Shown here in pieces: positions 37,588 to 46,078 of a stretch of 58,612 nucleotides of DNA (its first letter is position 1; each line of letters opens with the position of its first letter). The DNA lies in the NCBI GenBank assembly GCA_031459655.1, contig JAVKID010000004.1, positions 1-58,612 on the forward strand, read 5' to 3'. Under the pieces are notes generated by a model. It was not told the DNA's origin. It searched no databases and saw nothing but the letters and a program-made list of their open reading frames with translations. This stretch comes from Candidatus Fervidifonticultor octavus. GTDB lineage: Bacteria > Sysuimicrobiota > Sysuimicrobiia > Sysuimicrobiales > Humicultoraceae. Made by a program: the position numbers and the translations under genes.

Positions 37588-37778
37588 TCCTGCCTGGCCT
37601 GGTAGCGACCCTACTATACCAGACGGCGGCGCACATGAGGCGGCGTACCGGGGCACAGTCGAGAGACGCCGACGGGGGCAGCAGGGGTCGCACCATCCGG
37701 TCGGCCCGTTATCCGGTCGGACCGTTCGGAGACACGATCGGGGGCAGGTGCATGGCGGCCGTCGAAACTGCTACACTC

Positions 37779-38309
37779 ATGACTATGCCGACCCGATACC
37801 GCCCGGCCGGGCGGCGCCAGAACCGAGCGCCCTCGGCCGGCCTTGCCCTGGCGCTGGCCGCGGCCATGCTGGCCGTCGTCGCCGCGGGCGCGGCGCCGGC
37901 GCCGGCCGCGGTCCGGTACGAGCGCGGGGTGGTGCACATCGTCCAGGGGACCCGGCGGGTGACCCTCCAGGTCGAGATCGCCCGGACCCCCGAGGCCCGC
38001 GCCCAGGGACTGATGTCCCGGACCTCGCTGCCGGAAGACGCCGGGATGCTCTTCGTCTTCGAACAGGACGGCAGGTGGGGGTTCTGGATGAAGAACACCC
38101 TCATCCCGCTCTCCATCGGGTTCATCGACAGCCGCTGGCGGCTGCTGGAGATCCTGGACATGGACGTGGCGCCCGATCCCGTGAATGGGCCGTTTCCGAT
38201 CTACGAACCCGCCCAGGCCTACCGCTACGCGCTCGAGGTCAACCAGGGGTTCTTCCGCCGCAAGGGGATCACCCCCGGAGCCCGCCTCGAGCTCGTCGTC
38301 ACCAAGTAG
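37779..38309 (+). CDS. DUF192 family exported protein (start uncertain)
   Basis: VEIA...RAQGLM...GMLFVF...FWMKNTLIPLSIGFID...YALEVNQG; signal peptide. Confidence 0.88.
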   Translation: MTMPTRYRPAGRRQNRAPSAGLALALAAAMLAVVAAGAAPAPAAVRYERGVVHIVQGTRRVTLQVEIARTPEARAQGLMSRTSLPEDAGMLFVFEQDGRWGFWMKNTLIPLSIGFIDSRWRLLEILDMDVAPDPVNGPFPIYEPAQAYRYALEVNQGFFRRKGITPGARLELVVTK

Positions 38310-38312
38310 CCC

Positions 38313-39977
38313 ATGGGGCCGCTGCCGTCCGCCCGCGACCGGCTCGAGCGCAAGGAGGCCGAGATCCGGGCCCTGCGGGACATCAGCCAGGCCATCGGGG
38401 CCGCCCTCGACCTGGACGAGACCCTGCACCTCATCACCCGCAAGACGGCCGAGGTCATGGGGATGGATTCGTGCTCCATCTACCTGCTGGACCCCGCCGG
38501 CGAGTCCCTGGTGCTCCGGGCCACGACCGGGCTGGCCCCCGAATCCATCGGCCGCGCGCGGCTGCGGTTCGGGGAAGGCCTGACCGGCTATGCCGCGCGC
38601 TCCGGCAGCCCGGTCTACAGCAGCGACGCGGCCAGCGACCCGCGGTTCGTCTACGTCCCCGGCACCCGCGAGTACGCCTTCCGCTCGCTGCTGGCCGTGC
38701 CGCTACGCAGCGCGGGCCGCACGCTGGGGGCGATGAACGTCCAGACGACCGCCGTCCACGAATACGCCCCCGACGAGATCGAACTGCTGTCGGTCATCGC
38801 CGACCTGGCGGCCGGCGCCATCGAGAAGGCGACGCTCTACGACAACATGCGCCGCCAGATCAACGAACTGTCCACGCTGGCCGAGGCCAGCAAGACCATC
38901 ACCTCGCCGCTCTACCTGGAAGAGATGCTACACCTGATCGTGGAGATGGCGGCCGGCATGATGGACGCCCGGTTGTGCTCGCTCATGTTGCTGGACGAGC
39001 AGACCGGGGAATTGGTCCTCACCGCCTCGTACCGCGCCGGCGAGCGCTACCAGACCCGGCCCACCCTGCGCGCCGGCGAGGGGATCGTCGGGCTCGTCGC
39101 CCAGACCGGCCGACCGGTCGCCGTCGCCGACGTCCTGGAGGATCCCCGCTTCGTCCACAAGGACATGGCGCGCGCAGAGGGCCTGCGGGCGCTGCTGGCG
39201 GTGCCGCTGGTGGTGCGCGAGCGGATCATCGGCGTGTTCAACTGCTACAAGGACCGGCCGCACCAGTTCACCCGCGACGAGATCTCGCTCGTCTCCACCC
39301 TGGCCAACCAGACCGCACTGGCCATCGAGAACAGCTCGCTCATCGTGCGCTCCGCGGTGGTGCGCGAGATGCACCACCGCGTCAAGAACAACCTGCAGAC
39401 CATCGCCATGCTCCTGCGCCTGCAGCTGCGCGACGGCCGCGAGGTCTCGGGCCGCGAGGTGCTGACGGAGACCATCAACCGGATCCTCAGCATCGCCGCG
39501 GTGCACGAGATCCTCTCGGTGGAAGGGTTCCGCCTCATCAACGTCCGTGAACTGCTGGAGCGCGTGACCCAGACCGTCGGCCAGACCATGGCGCGGCCCA
39601 CGCTGCGCGTCGCGGTCGGCATCGAGGGCGCCGACCTCTACATGCCGTCGCAGCAGGCCACCTCGGTGGCCTTGGCCGTCACCGAACTGGTGCAGAATGC
39701 CATGGAGCACGCCTTCGCCGACCGGTCCGAGGGCCACATCCGTATCCTGCTGTCGCAGACCGAGCGCGACTGGATCATCGAGGTCTCCGACGACGGGGTG
39801 GGCCTGCCGTCCGGGGTGGACCCCATGGCCACCGACAACCTGGGCCTCAAAATCGTGCACGCCCTGGCCACGGAGGACCTGGGCGGTCGGTTCGAGCTCC
39901 AGGCCGGCGGCGCCGGAACCCGCGCGATCCTCACCGTGCCCCGGGTGCGCGAGGCCGCGCCCGGCGTCCCCTCCTGA
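38313..39977 (+). CDS. Cytoplasmic double-GAF HisKA_2 sensor kinase (PdtaS/EutW-like)
   Basis: Two GAF domains, EMHHRVKNNLQ, ELVQNAMEHAF, DDGVG, LGLKIV; no transmembrane segment. Confidence 0.9.
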   Translation: MGPLPSARDRLERKEAEIRALRDISQAIGAALDLDETLHLITRKTAEVMGMDSCSIYLLDPAGESLVLRATTGLAPESIGRARLRFGEGLTGYAARSGSPVYSSDAASDPRFVYVPGTREYAFRSLLAVPLRSAGRTLGAMNVQTTAVHEYAPDEIELLSVIADLAAGAIEKATLYDNMRRQINELSTLAEASKTITSPLYLEEMLHLIVEMAAGMMDARLCSLMLLDEQTGELVLTASYRAGERYQTRPTLRAGEGIVGLVAQTGRPVAVADVLEDPRFVHKDMARAEGLRALLAVPLVVRERIIGVFNCYKDRPHQFTRDEISLVSTLANQTALAIENSSLIVRSAVVREMHHRVKNNLQTIAMLLRLQLRDGREVSGREVLTETINRILSIAAVHEILSVEGFRLINVRELLERVTQTVGQTMARPTLRVAVGIEGADLYMPSQQATSVALAVTELVQNAMEHAFADRSEGHIRILLSQTERDWIIEVSDDGVGLPSGVDPMATDNLGLKIVHALATEDLGGRFELQAGGAGTRAILTVPRVREAAPGVPS

Positions 39978-39984
39978 GCGTCCG

Positions 39985-40551
39985 ATGCCGCCGCTGCGCG
40001 TGGTCATCGCCGACGACGAGGCCCTGATCCGCATGGGCCTCAAGACGATGCTGCACGAGGCCGGCTACCAGGTCGTCGGCGAGGCCGGGGACGGCCGGCG
40101 GGCCCTGGACCTGATCCGCAAGCTCGACCCCGACCTGGTCTTCCTCGACATCAAGATGCCGCCGCCCGACGGCCTGGCGGTGGCCGAGCAGGTCATGGCG
40201 ACCGGCCCCCGGCCCATCGTGCTGCTGACCGCCTACGGGGACCGGGAGTTCGTCGAGCGCGCCAAGCGCCTGGGCGTCATGGCGTATCTGGTGAAGCCGA
40301 TCAAAGAGGCCGACCTGGTGCCGACTGTCGAGCTGGCCGTGCGGCACTACCGGGCCCTGGGCACGCTGGAGGACCGCATCGAGAGCCTGGAGGAGGCGCT
40401 GGAAACCCGCAAGCTCGTCGAGCGGGCGAAAGGCATCCTGATGCAGCGGGAAGGTCTCTCGGAGGCCGACGCGTTCGCGCGGATCCAGCGGGCCAGCCGG
40501 GACCGGCGCCGACCGATGAAGGAGATCGCCCGGGAGATCCTGGAGGCCTAA
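39985..40551 (+). CDS. REC-ANTAR response regulator (PdtaR/EutV-like)
   Basis: IADDE, LDIKMP, YLVKP, ANTAR RKLVERAKGILM...SEADAF. Confidence 0.92.
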   Translation: MPPLRVVIADDEALIRMGLKTMLHEAGYQVVGEAGDGRRALDLIRKLDPDLVFLDIKMPPPDGLAVAEQVMATGPRPIVLLTAYGDREFVERAKRLGVMAYLVKPIKEADLVPTVELAVRHYRALGTLEDRIESLEEALETRKLVERAKGILMQREGLSEADAFARIQRASRDRRRPMKEIAREILEA

Positions 40552-41726
40552 CCCCCCGACCGCCTCCGCCCGAACGTCACCGTGAGCATCTCGTCCCGCA
40601 CCTTCGCGCCCCTGGCCTCCAGCCCCGCCAGGGTCCGGGGGAGGGCCACGTTGCGGCGATAGGTGCCGATCCGCACGGTCAGGTCGCCGTCGCTCTGAAA
40701 GACCTCCACGTCGCCCTTGGTGACGAACGGCACGTGGAGGGTGAGCACGTACTCGTCCTTGCGCTTCTCGATCTTCTGGGGCGTCCCGGTGTAGAACCGC
40801 ACCGTCGGGTCGTCGCCGCCGTAGAGGTCGACCGCCACCCGGGCTAGCATCCGCAGGCCGGTGGTCTCCCGCTCGTAGAAGGGCACCCGCCGGATCGGCA
40901 CCGGCGAGAACCCCTCGTCCACCATGCGCAGGTACTGCTCCTGGGCCTGCCGCCAGGCGGCGAAGTACCCGGCCCCGGCGCCCTCGGGCAGCACCCGGTT
41001 GACCACGATCAGGTCGGTGGCGTAGCCGAACAGGTTGAAGTAGGTGAACGCCCGCTGGGCTTCCTTGATGACCATCTTCTCGGGATTCAGGACCAGCCGG
41101 ATCGACGTCCTCGCGACATCCGCCAGGATCTCCTTGATGCCCTCCACGTCCAGGATGAGGTCCCGCGCCGCCACGAACACCTCATCGGTCGGCAGCGGGA
41201 TGTCCACCAGCGGCTGGACGACGGGGTGGACGAGGCGCGCCACGCGGCGCTGGATCGGGAAGATCTTGTTGAGCCACCAGCGGGCCATGTCGGGGAAGCC
41301 CAGCAACTGCATCGTCTCGCCGGTGGGCGCGCAGTCAATAACGATCACATCGTAGCGCCCGCTCTCGACGTGGAGGCGCAGCTCCATGAGGCTGGCGATC
41401 TCCTCCATGCCCGGCAGGTTCGCCAGTTCGTCGGCCACCACGTCCTCCAGCCCCCGCGAGTGGAACAGGGTGACCATATAGCGCCTGAGCGTGCCCCAGT
41501 ACTTCTCCAGCTGGTAGAGGGAGTCCACCTCCTGCGCCCACAGGTGCGGCGCGATGCGGACGACCTCCTGACCCACGGGTTTCTCCAGGACGTCGCCCAG
41601 GCTGTGGGCGACGTCGGTGCTCATCACCAGGGTGCGGTGGCCCCGCTCAGCGGCCCGCAGCGCGGTGGCGGCGGCCACGGTGGTCTTGCCGACGCCGCCT
41701 TTGCCGGTGAACAGGACGACCCGCAT
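40548..41726 (-). CDS. ArsA/Get3 family ATPase with C-terminal HSP20-like domain
   Basis: GKGGVGKTT, STDVAHSL, LPGMEE, DCAPTGET, NPEKMVI; alpha-crystallin-like beta-rich tail. Confidence 0.9.
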   Translation of the reverse strand: MRVVLFTGKGGVGKTTVAAATALRAAERGHRTLVMSTDVAHSLGDVLEKPVGQEVVRIAPHLWAQEVDSLYQLEKYWGTLRRYMVTLFHSRGLEDVVADELANLPGMEEIASLMELRLHVESGRYDVIVIDCAPTGETMQLLGFPDMARWWLNKIFPIQRRVARLVHPVVQPLVDIPLPTDEVFVAARDLILDVEGIKEILADVARTSIRLVLNPEKMVIKEAQRAFTYFNLFGYATDLIVVNRVLPEGAGAGYFAAWRQAQEQYLRMVDEGFSPVPIRRVPFYERETTGLRMLARVAVDLYGGDDPTVRFYTGTPQKIEKRKDEYVLTLHVPFVTKGDVEVFQSDGDLTVRIGTYRRNVALPRTLAGLEARGAKVRDEMLTVTFGRRRSGG

Positions 41727-41730
41727 GCGC

Positions 41731-41952
41731 CTACTTCACCCTGACCCGCCTCGGCCGACGCGGGGACGGTGCGCCCTCGAGCCGGTCGAGCGCCCGATCC
41801 ACGGTGGACCGGACGGCCAGCAGCAGTTCGCGGCGGGCCGCGGCCAGGTGGTCGCGGACGTCGGAGGGCACGGCCTGCTCCACCGCCTCCCAGAACCGGT
41901 CTTCCGCCTCCGCCAGCGCCCGAAACGGGCGCAGCCGGCGCCGTGTGGCCAT
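41731..41952 (-). CDS. Small helical hypothetical protein (73 aa) upstream of the Get3/ArsA ATPase
   Basis: GGGAGG RBS; MATRRR...VRDHLAAARRELLLAVRSTVD...RVRVK; stop lies 4 nt before the ATPase start. Confidence 0.7.
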   Translation of the reverse strand: MATRRRLRPFRALAEAEDRFWEAVEQAVPSDVRDHLAAARRELLLAVRSTVDRALDRLEGAPSPRRPRRVRVK

Positions 41953-42066
41953 GATCGACACCTCCCGGCGCGAGATGATCCCGTGCGTATGATAGAGTGC
42001 AGGCCGAAAAAATGGAACGCCCTGGGATGCTCGGCACGCCCCGCGGAGTCCTGGACTCACCTGAGA

Positions 42067-42891
42067 TCAGGGCGACGGCCTGATGCTGTGGACCCACCGC
42101 CTCCCCACCAGCGACGCCGCCCCGAACAATCCCAGCGCCGCCAGCACGATCGCCCCGCCCGTCGGCAGGTCCAGGTAGAAGGCGGCTACGGTCCCCGCCA
42201 CCACCGCGGCCAGCGAGCAGGCCACCGCGATGAATAGCGCGCTCCTGAAACTGCCTGCCAGCCGCAGCGCCGTGATGGCGGGGATCACGACCAGGGCGCT
42301 GGTCAGCAGGATGCCCACGATGCGCATCGCCACGACCACGGTGAGGGCGACGAGCGCGGTCAGCAGCAGGTTCAGGGCGTCTGCGGGGACGCCCTGCACG
42401 CGGGCGCCTTCTTCATCGAACGTGATGGCGAAGAACTCCTTGGAGAAGGCGGCCACCGTCCCCAGCACCACCAGCCCGAGGCCGAGGATCACCCACAGAT
42501 CCACCGGCTGCACCACGGTGATGGCGCCGAAGAGGTAGCCGAACAGGTCCACGTTGAACCCGCCGGCCAGACCGATAAGCACCACAGCCACCGCGAACCC
42601 CCCCGAGAGGAAGACCGCCAGGGCGGCCTCGCCGAACAGCCGGCCCGACGTGCGCAGCCGTTCGATCCCCACCGCCCCCACCAGCGCTGCGGCCAGCGCG
42701 CCGGCGACGGGATAGGTCTGCAGCAGCAGGCCGGCGGCCACCCCGGCCAGCGCCACGTGCGCCAGGGTGTCGGCGATCAGGCTCAACCGGCGCAGGACCA
42801 GGAAGACGCCGATCAGCGGGGCGATGGTGCCGATCATCAGCCCGGCGAGGAGGGCGCGCTGCATGAAGCCGTACTGGAGGATCTCCGGCAT
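42067..42891 (-). CDS. znuB: Zn/Mn ABC transporter permease
   Basis: DTLAHVALAG, YLFG, VGILL...IPA, PTG. Confidence 0.9.
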   Translation of the reverse strand: MPEILQYGFMQRALLAGLMIGTIAPLIGVFLVLRRLSLIADTLAHVALAGVAAGLLLQTYPVAGALAAALVGAVGIERLRTSGRLFGEAALAVFLSGGFAVAVVLIGLAGGFNVDLFGYLFGAITVVQPVDLWVILGLGLVVLGTVAAFSKEFFAITFDEEGARVQGVPADALNLLLTALVALTVVVAMRIVGILLTSALVVIPAITALRLAGSFRSALFIAVACSLAAVVAGTVAAFYLDLPTGGAIVLAALGLFGAASLVGRRWVHSIRPSP

Positions 42892-42897
42892 CGCGGG

Positions 42898-43689
42898 TCA
42901 GTGCCGGTGCGCGACCATCCAGCTCTCGGCCCGGTACATCTGGGCGATGGCGCCGGACTGGATGGCCTCTTCGGGGCTGCCGTGGTAGGTCAGCGTGCGG
43001 TTGAGACACGCCAGCTGCGTGACTTCCTTGGCGATCGCCGCCAGGTCGTGGGAGACCAGGACCAGGGTGGTGCCCATCTCCCGGTTAAGGCGTCGCAGCA
43101 GACTGTAGAACTGCTCCTGGGCGTCTGGGTCCACGCCGACGGTAGGCTCGTCGAGGACCAGCAGGTCGGGCCGGCTGGCCAGGGCCCTGGCGATGAAGAC
43201 GCGCTGCTGCTGGCCGGCCGAGAGCTGTCCGATCAACCGGTCGCGGGAGGCGGCCATGCCCACGGTCTCCAGGGCCTCCAGCGCCGCCTCCCGGTCGCGC
43301 GCGTCGAAGCGGCGGCCCAGCCCGGCCAGGCCGCACCGGCCGCTCTGCACCACCTCAAAGACGCTGGCCGGAAAGCGCGACTCGAAGGTCACGGCCTTCT
43401 GGGGCACATAGCCGATCCGGTGCCACTCGGGGAAGTCCCGCACGTCGACCCCGAAGAGCCGCACGTGGCCGCACTCGGAACGCGCCAGTCCCAGCATGAT
43501 CCGCAGCAGCGTGGTCTTGCCCGCGCCGTTGGGCCCGATGATCCCCAGGAAGTCGCCCCGGCGGATCTGGAGGCTCACCTGGTCGAGCACCAGTTCGCCC
43601 CCGTAGCGGAAGCACACGTGCTCCAGCGCGACCAGGGGAGCGTCGCTAGCGACAGCCGAGGCCTTCGGCGAGCTGACGGAGGTTCTCAT
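42898..43689 (-). CDS. znuC: Zn/Mn ABC transporter ATP-binding protein
   Basis: GPNGAGKTT, IGYVPQ, LSAGQQQR, DEPTVGVD, SHDL, CLN. Confidence 0.9.
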   Translation of the reverse strand: MRTSVSSPKASAVASDAPLVALEHVCFRYGGELVLDQVSLQIRRGDFLGIIGPNGAGKTTLLRIMLGLARSECGHVRLFGVDVRDFPEWHRIGYVPQKAVTFESRFPASVFEVVQSGRCGLAGLGRRFDARDREAALEALETVGMAASRDRLIGQLSAGQQQRVFIARALASRPDLLVLDEPTVGVDPDAQEQFYSLLRRLNREMGTTLVLVSHDLAAIAKEVTQLACLNRTLTYHGSPEEAIQSGAIAQMYRAESWMVAHRH

Positions 43690-44536
43690 GCATCACCGTG
43701 ACGTACGTCTCGCCCCGCCGCTGCTGGTCGGGGGTCAGCCCTTCCACCGGGTTCAACACGCCGGTGGCGGCGCCCACCTCGCGCGCGATGGTCTGGGCCA
43801 CCTTCGGGCTGACCAGGGTCTCGAAGTAGATGACCCGAACGCCGTGCCGGCGGACTACGCGGACGATCTCCCGGAGGCGGGCCGGGGAGGGCTCGACCTC
43901 GGGCGAGAGGCCCGCGATCGAGAGCATCGTCAACCCGTAGCGCCTGGCCAGGTAGCCGAATGCGGCGTGCGCGGTGACGAAGGTCCGCCGCTCGCAGCGC
44001 TGCAGCGTCTGCGCGTACCGGCGGTGGAGGGCCTGGAGGTCGGCCTTCAGGCGTGCGGCGCCGGCCGCATAGTCTGACTGGTGCGCGGGATCTGCCCGGA
44101 CGAACCCCGCCAGGATGTTGTCCACCTGCTGCTGCGCCAGGACCGGGTCGAGCCACACGTGGGGGTCGGACCCCACCAGCGGCAGCCCGGCGGTGGCGTT
44201 GACCCGGATCACGTGCTCCGGGAGGGACGGCAGCAGGCGCTGCACCCATCCCTCGAATCCCGCACCGTTGTAGACCAGCAGTCTGGTCTTCGAGAGCACT
44301 GCGACGTCGCGGGCGCCGGGTTCGTACGCATGGGGCTCGACGCCTGGGGGGACCAGGTTGCGCACCCTGGCCCGGCGGCCGCCGACCGCGGAGGCGAACT
44401 CGTAGAGAGGGTAGAACGAGGCGGCCACCGTCACCGGGTCCGCGGCCTGGGCCCGACCGGACGGCGCCCCCTCCGGGAAGACTGTGCTCCCGGCGGCGAT
44501 CAGGGCCGCGAGCATCATGGCCAGACGGGGCATCAT
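43646..44536 (-). CDS. znuA: Zn ABC transporter substrate-binding protein
   Basis: EPHAYEP, DPHVWLDP, HAAFGY, NPVE (H-H-H-E ligands); no His-rich loop. Confidence 0.88.
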   Translation of the reverse strand: MMPRLAMMLAALIAAGSTVFPEGAPSGRAQAADPVTVAASFYPLYEFASAVGGRRARVRNLVPPGVEPHAYEPGARDVAVLSKTRLLVYNGAGFEGWVQRLLPSLPEHVIRVNATAGLPLVGSDPHVWLDPVLAQQQVDNILAGFVRADPAHQSDYAAGAARLKADLQALHRRYAQTLQRCERRTFVTAHAAFGYLARRYGLTMLSIAGLSPEVEPSPARLREIVRVVRRHGVRVIYFETLVSPKVAQTIAREVGAATGVLNPVEGLTPDQQRRGETYVTVMHENLRQLAEGLGCR

Positions 44537-44937
44537 CGGTCCGCCTCCCGGCACCGGGCGCAGTGGCCGAAGACTTCGAGACGATGCCCGGTGACCGCAA
44601 ACCCGGAGGGGACGCCGCCGGAGGCGGCGGGAACCGGACATGCCTCCAGCGGCTCCCACGCCCCGCAGGTCAGGCAGACCAGATGGTCGTGGTGTCGGGC
44701 GGCCAGGCCGTAGCGCACCCGTCCGTCCCCGATGTGGACCGGCTCGACCACGCCTGCGCGCACGAACGCCTCCAGTGCCCGGTACACGGTGGCCAGTCCG
44801 ATGCGGCGGCGGCCGCGCTGGAGCCGGCGGTGGATCTCGTCGGCCGCCAGGTGGCAGGACGCGGTCTCGATGGCCCGCAGCACGGCCCGGCGCTGCCAGG
44901 TCGTCCGCGGGCGCGCAACGGGAGGGTGCGTGGTCAC
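44533..44937 (-). CDS. zur: Fur family regulator, probably Zur
   Basis: TWQR, IGLATVYRAL, HHDHLVCLTCG, GHCARC; heads the znuACB operon. Confidence 0.85.
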   Translation of the reverse strand: MTTHPPVARPRTTWQRRAVLRAIETASCHLAADEIHRRLQRGRRRIGLATVYRALEAFVRAGVVEPVHIGDGRVRYGLAARHHDHLVCLTCGAWEPLEACPVPAASGGVPSGFAVTGHRLEVFGHCARCREADR

Positions 44938-44959
44938 GGTGGCCCCCGGCGATCCTAAT

Positions 44960-44974
44960 TGAGAATGATTCTCA
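44960..44974. promoter_or_regulatory. Fur/Zur box (perfect 7-1-7 palindrome TGAGAAT-G-ATTCTCA)
   Basis: Lies just downstream of the -10 element and ~23 nt before the zur start; resembles Fur-family 7-1-7 boxes. Confidence 0.8.
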
Positions 44975-44986
44975 GATCGTATGGTG

Positions 44987-45015
44987 ATGCTACCCGTTCC
45001 GGGATGGCGTGTCAA
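44987..45015 (-). promoter_or_regulatory. Sigma70-type promoter TTGACA-17-TAGCAT for zur-znuACB
   Basis: Minus strand reads TTGACA CGCCATCCCGGAACGGG TAGCAT. Confidence 0.75.
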
Positions 45016-45296
45016 GACGCAGGGGCGCGACGGGGGATGAGCCGCGGTTGAGCAGAGCGTCGGACGGGTCAGCACTGACGCGGCCGGGGTGGGGAAGGCA
45101 GATGGGGATGCGACGGTGCGCCTCAGTTGCCCGCTGGGCGCCGCGGGAAGATCACGTGCGTCGCGCTGCGCCGCACCGCCGTGCCGGATTCGGCGGCAGG
45201 CGCGTCTCCCCCAGCATCCCGGCCGCGCCATCTTGTGCTGCGTGACGATGGTTCAGCCGACGGGCAACCCCAGAAAGCGAAAACGCGAGCGCGAAT

Positions 45297-45323
45297 GGAA
45301 GCACTCGCCCTCGCGGTGCTTCC
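45297..45323 (-). terminator. GC-rich hairpin directly after the riboswitch (candidate expression platform, weak U tract)
   Basis: GGAAGCAC-CGCGAGGGCGA-GTGCTTCC; shares GG with the 3' strand of aptamer P1. Confidence 0.4.
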
Positions 45324-45409
45324 TCTTCGGCAACCCAGCCGGCCACCTTGACCTTCGTGGCCCTGAGGCTTTGCGTCCCCGGATTGCTCCGGGTTTGCCC
45401 GTTCGGAGG
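45322..45409 (-). promoter_or_regulatory. Cyclic di-GMP-I (GEMM) riboswitch aptamer
   Basis: CCUCCGAACGGGCAAACCCGGA-GCAA-UCCGGGGACGCAAAGCCUCAGGGCCAC...GUGGCCGGCUGGGUUGCCGAAGAGG matches the GGCAAAC...GNRA...GGGACGCAAAGC...GGUURCCG consensus. Confidence 0.9.
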
Positions 45410-45433
45410 TCCGCCTGTATTCAGTTACTCCAT

Positions 45434-45462
45434 AGTATACCCAACTGCGGCGATTCTAGCAA
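45434..45462 (-). promoter_or_regulatory. Sigma70-type promoter TTGCTA-17-TATACT driving the riboswitch RNA
   Basis: -35 at 45462-45457, -10 at 45439-45434; predicted start ~45427. Confidence 0.75.
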
Positions 45463-45627
45463 CAATCTTTTTTGGGCGCACCGGCGGAACCGCCGCGGAA
45501 CTTCCCGAGAAGTTCCCCCAAACCGCTGGCGTCTTCGGCGTCCCGTCGCAGGGTACATACCGAAGTGCCACCGGCCGGCCGCGCCGGGGAGCCCGCGCCG
45601 GCACCGAGGTCTCTGCCGGGAGAGGGG

Positions 45628-46077
45628 ATGTCCACGATGTCGGGAGGAAGTCCAGCGCGTCTGTGCGAAGACGCACCTGCGGTGCACCGCCCCGTTGTCG
45701 TCCTGCTCCTCATCGCCGTCCTCGCCGCGTCGGCCTGCGGCCGGGCCCCCGGCCTCAGCCGGACAGCCCGCGAGCCCTTGATCGCTCCAGCTCCGCCGGC
45801 GCCGACGTCTTCGGTGGTCATCGAGGTCTTCGGCACGCCGGGACTGCGCTTTGGAGGCTCCTACGGCGAACTCGGCGCGCCCCAGACGGTGACCGGCGTC
45901 GTCCCGTCCAAGTACACCTTCCAGACGAGGTCGGGATTCTCGGTCTCGTTGCAGAAGCGCGGCGACGGGGGCGAACTCGGCATCCTCGTCACGGTGGACG
46001 GGCGCATCCTGCACCGGTCTGTGACGAAGAAGGAGTCGGGGCTCGTCACGTTCGTCTATCAGATCTCGTCCAAGTAG
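45628..46077 (+). CDS. Hypothetical lipoprotein (start uncertain, alternative GTG 45682)
   Basis: Hydrophobic leader with lipobox ASA-C, Pro-rich linker, small beta-rich domain; 1 nt from nadE. Confidence 0.7.
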   Translation: MSTMSGGSPARLCEDAPAVHRPVVVLLLIAVLAASACGRAPGLSRTAREPLIAPAPPAPTSSVVIEVFGTPGLRFGGSYGELGAPQTVTGVVPSKYTFQTRSGFSVSLQKRGDGGELGILVTVDGRILHRSVTKKESGLVTFVYQISSK

Positions 46078-46078
46078 C

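Noticed and set aside
40548-41726. Arsenic resistance operon
   Set aside because: Single ATPase domain with an HSP20-like tail and no arsB/acr3/arsC/arsD/arsR nearby.
44938-45231. 98-codon in-frame N-terminal extension of Zur as the riboswitch-controlled ORF
   Set aside because: No RBS, low-complexity sequence, and it runs through a clear promoter and Fur box. Probably a chance open frame, though not formally excluded.
37588-45462. Twin-hairpin ANTAR target RNA near the ANTAR regulator
   Set aside because: I could not find two adjacent hexaloops with the A1/G4 pattern by eye. A covariance search is needed.
45636-45660. GGGAGGAAGTCC resembling the RNase P RNA GAGGAAAGUCC motif
   Set aside because: Imperfect match, no other RNase P conserved regions, and it lies at the start of the lipoprotein gene.
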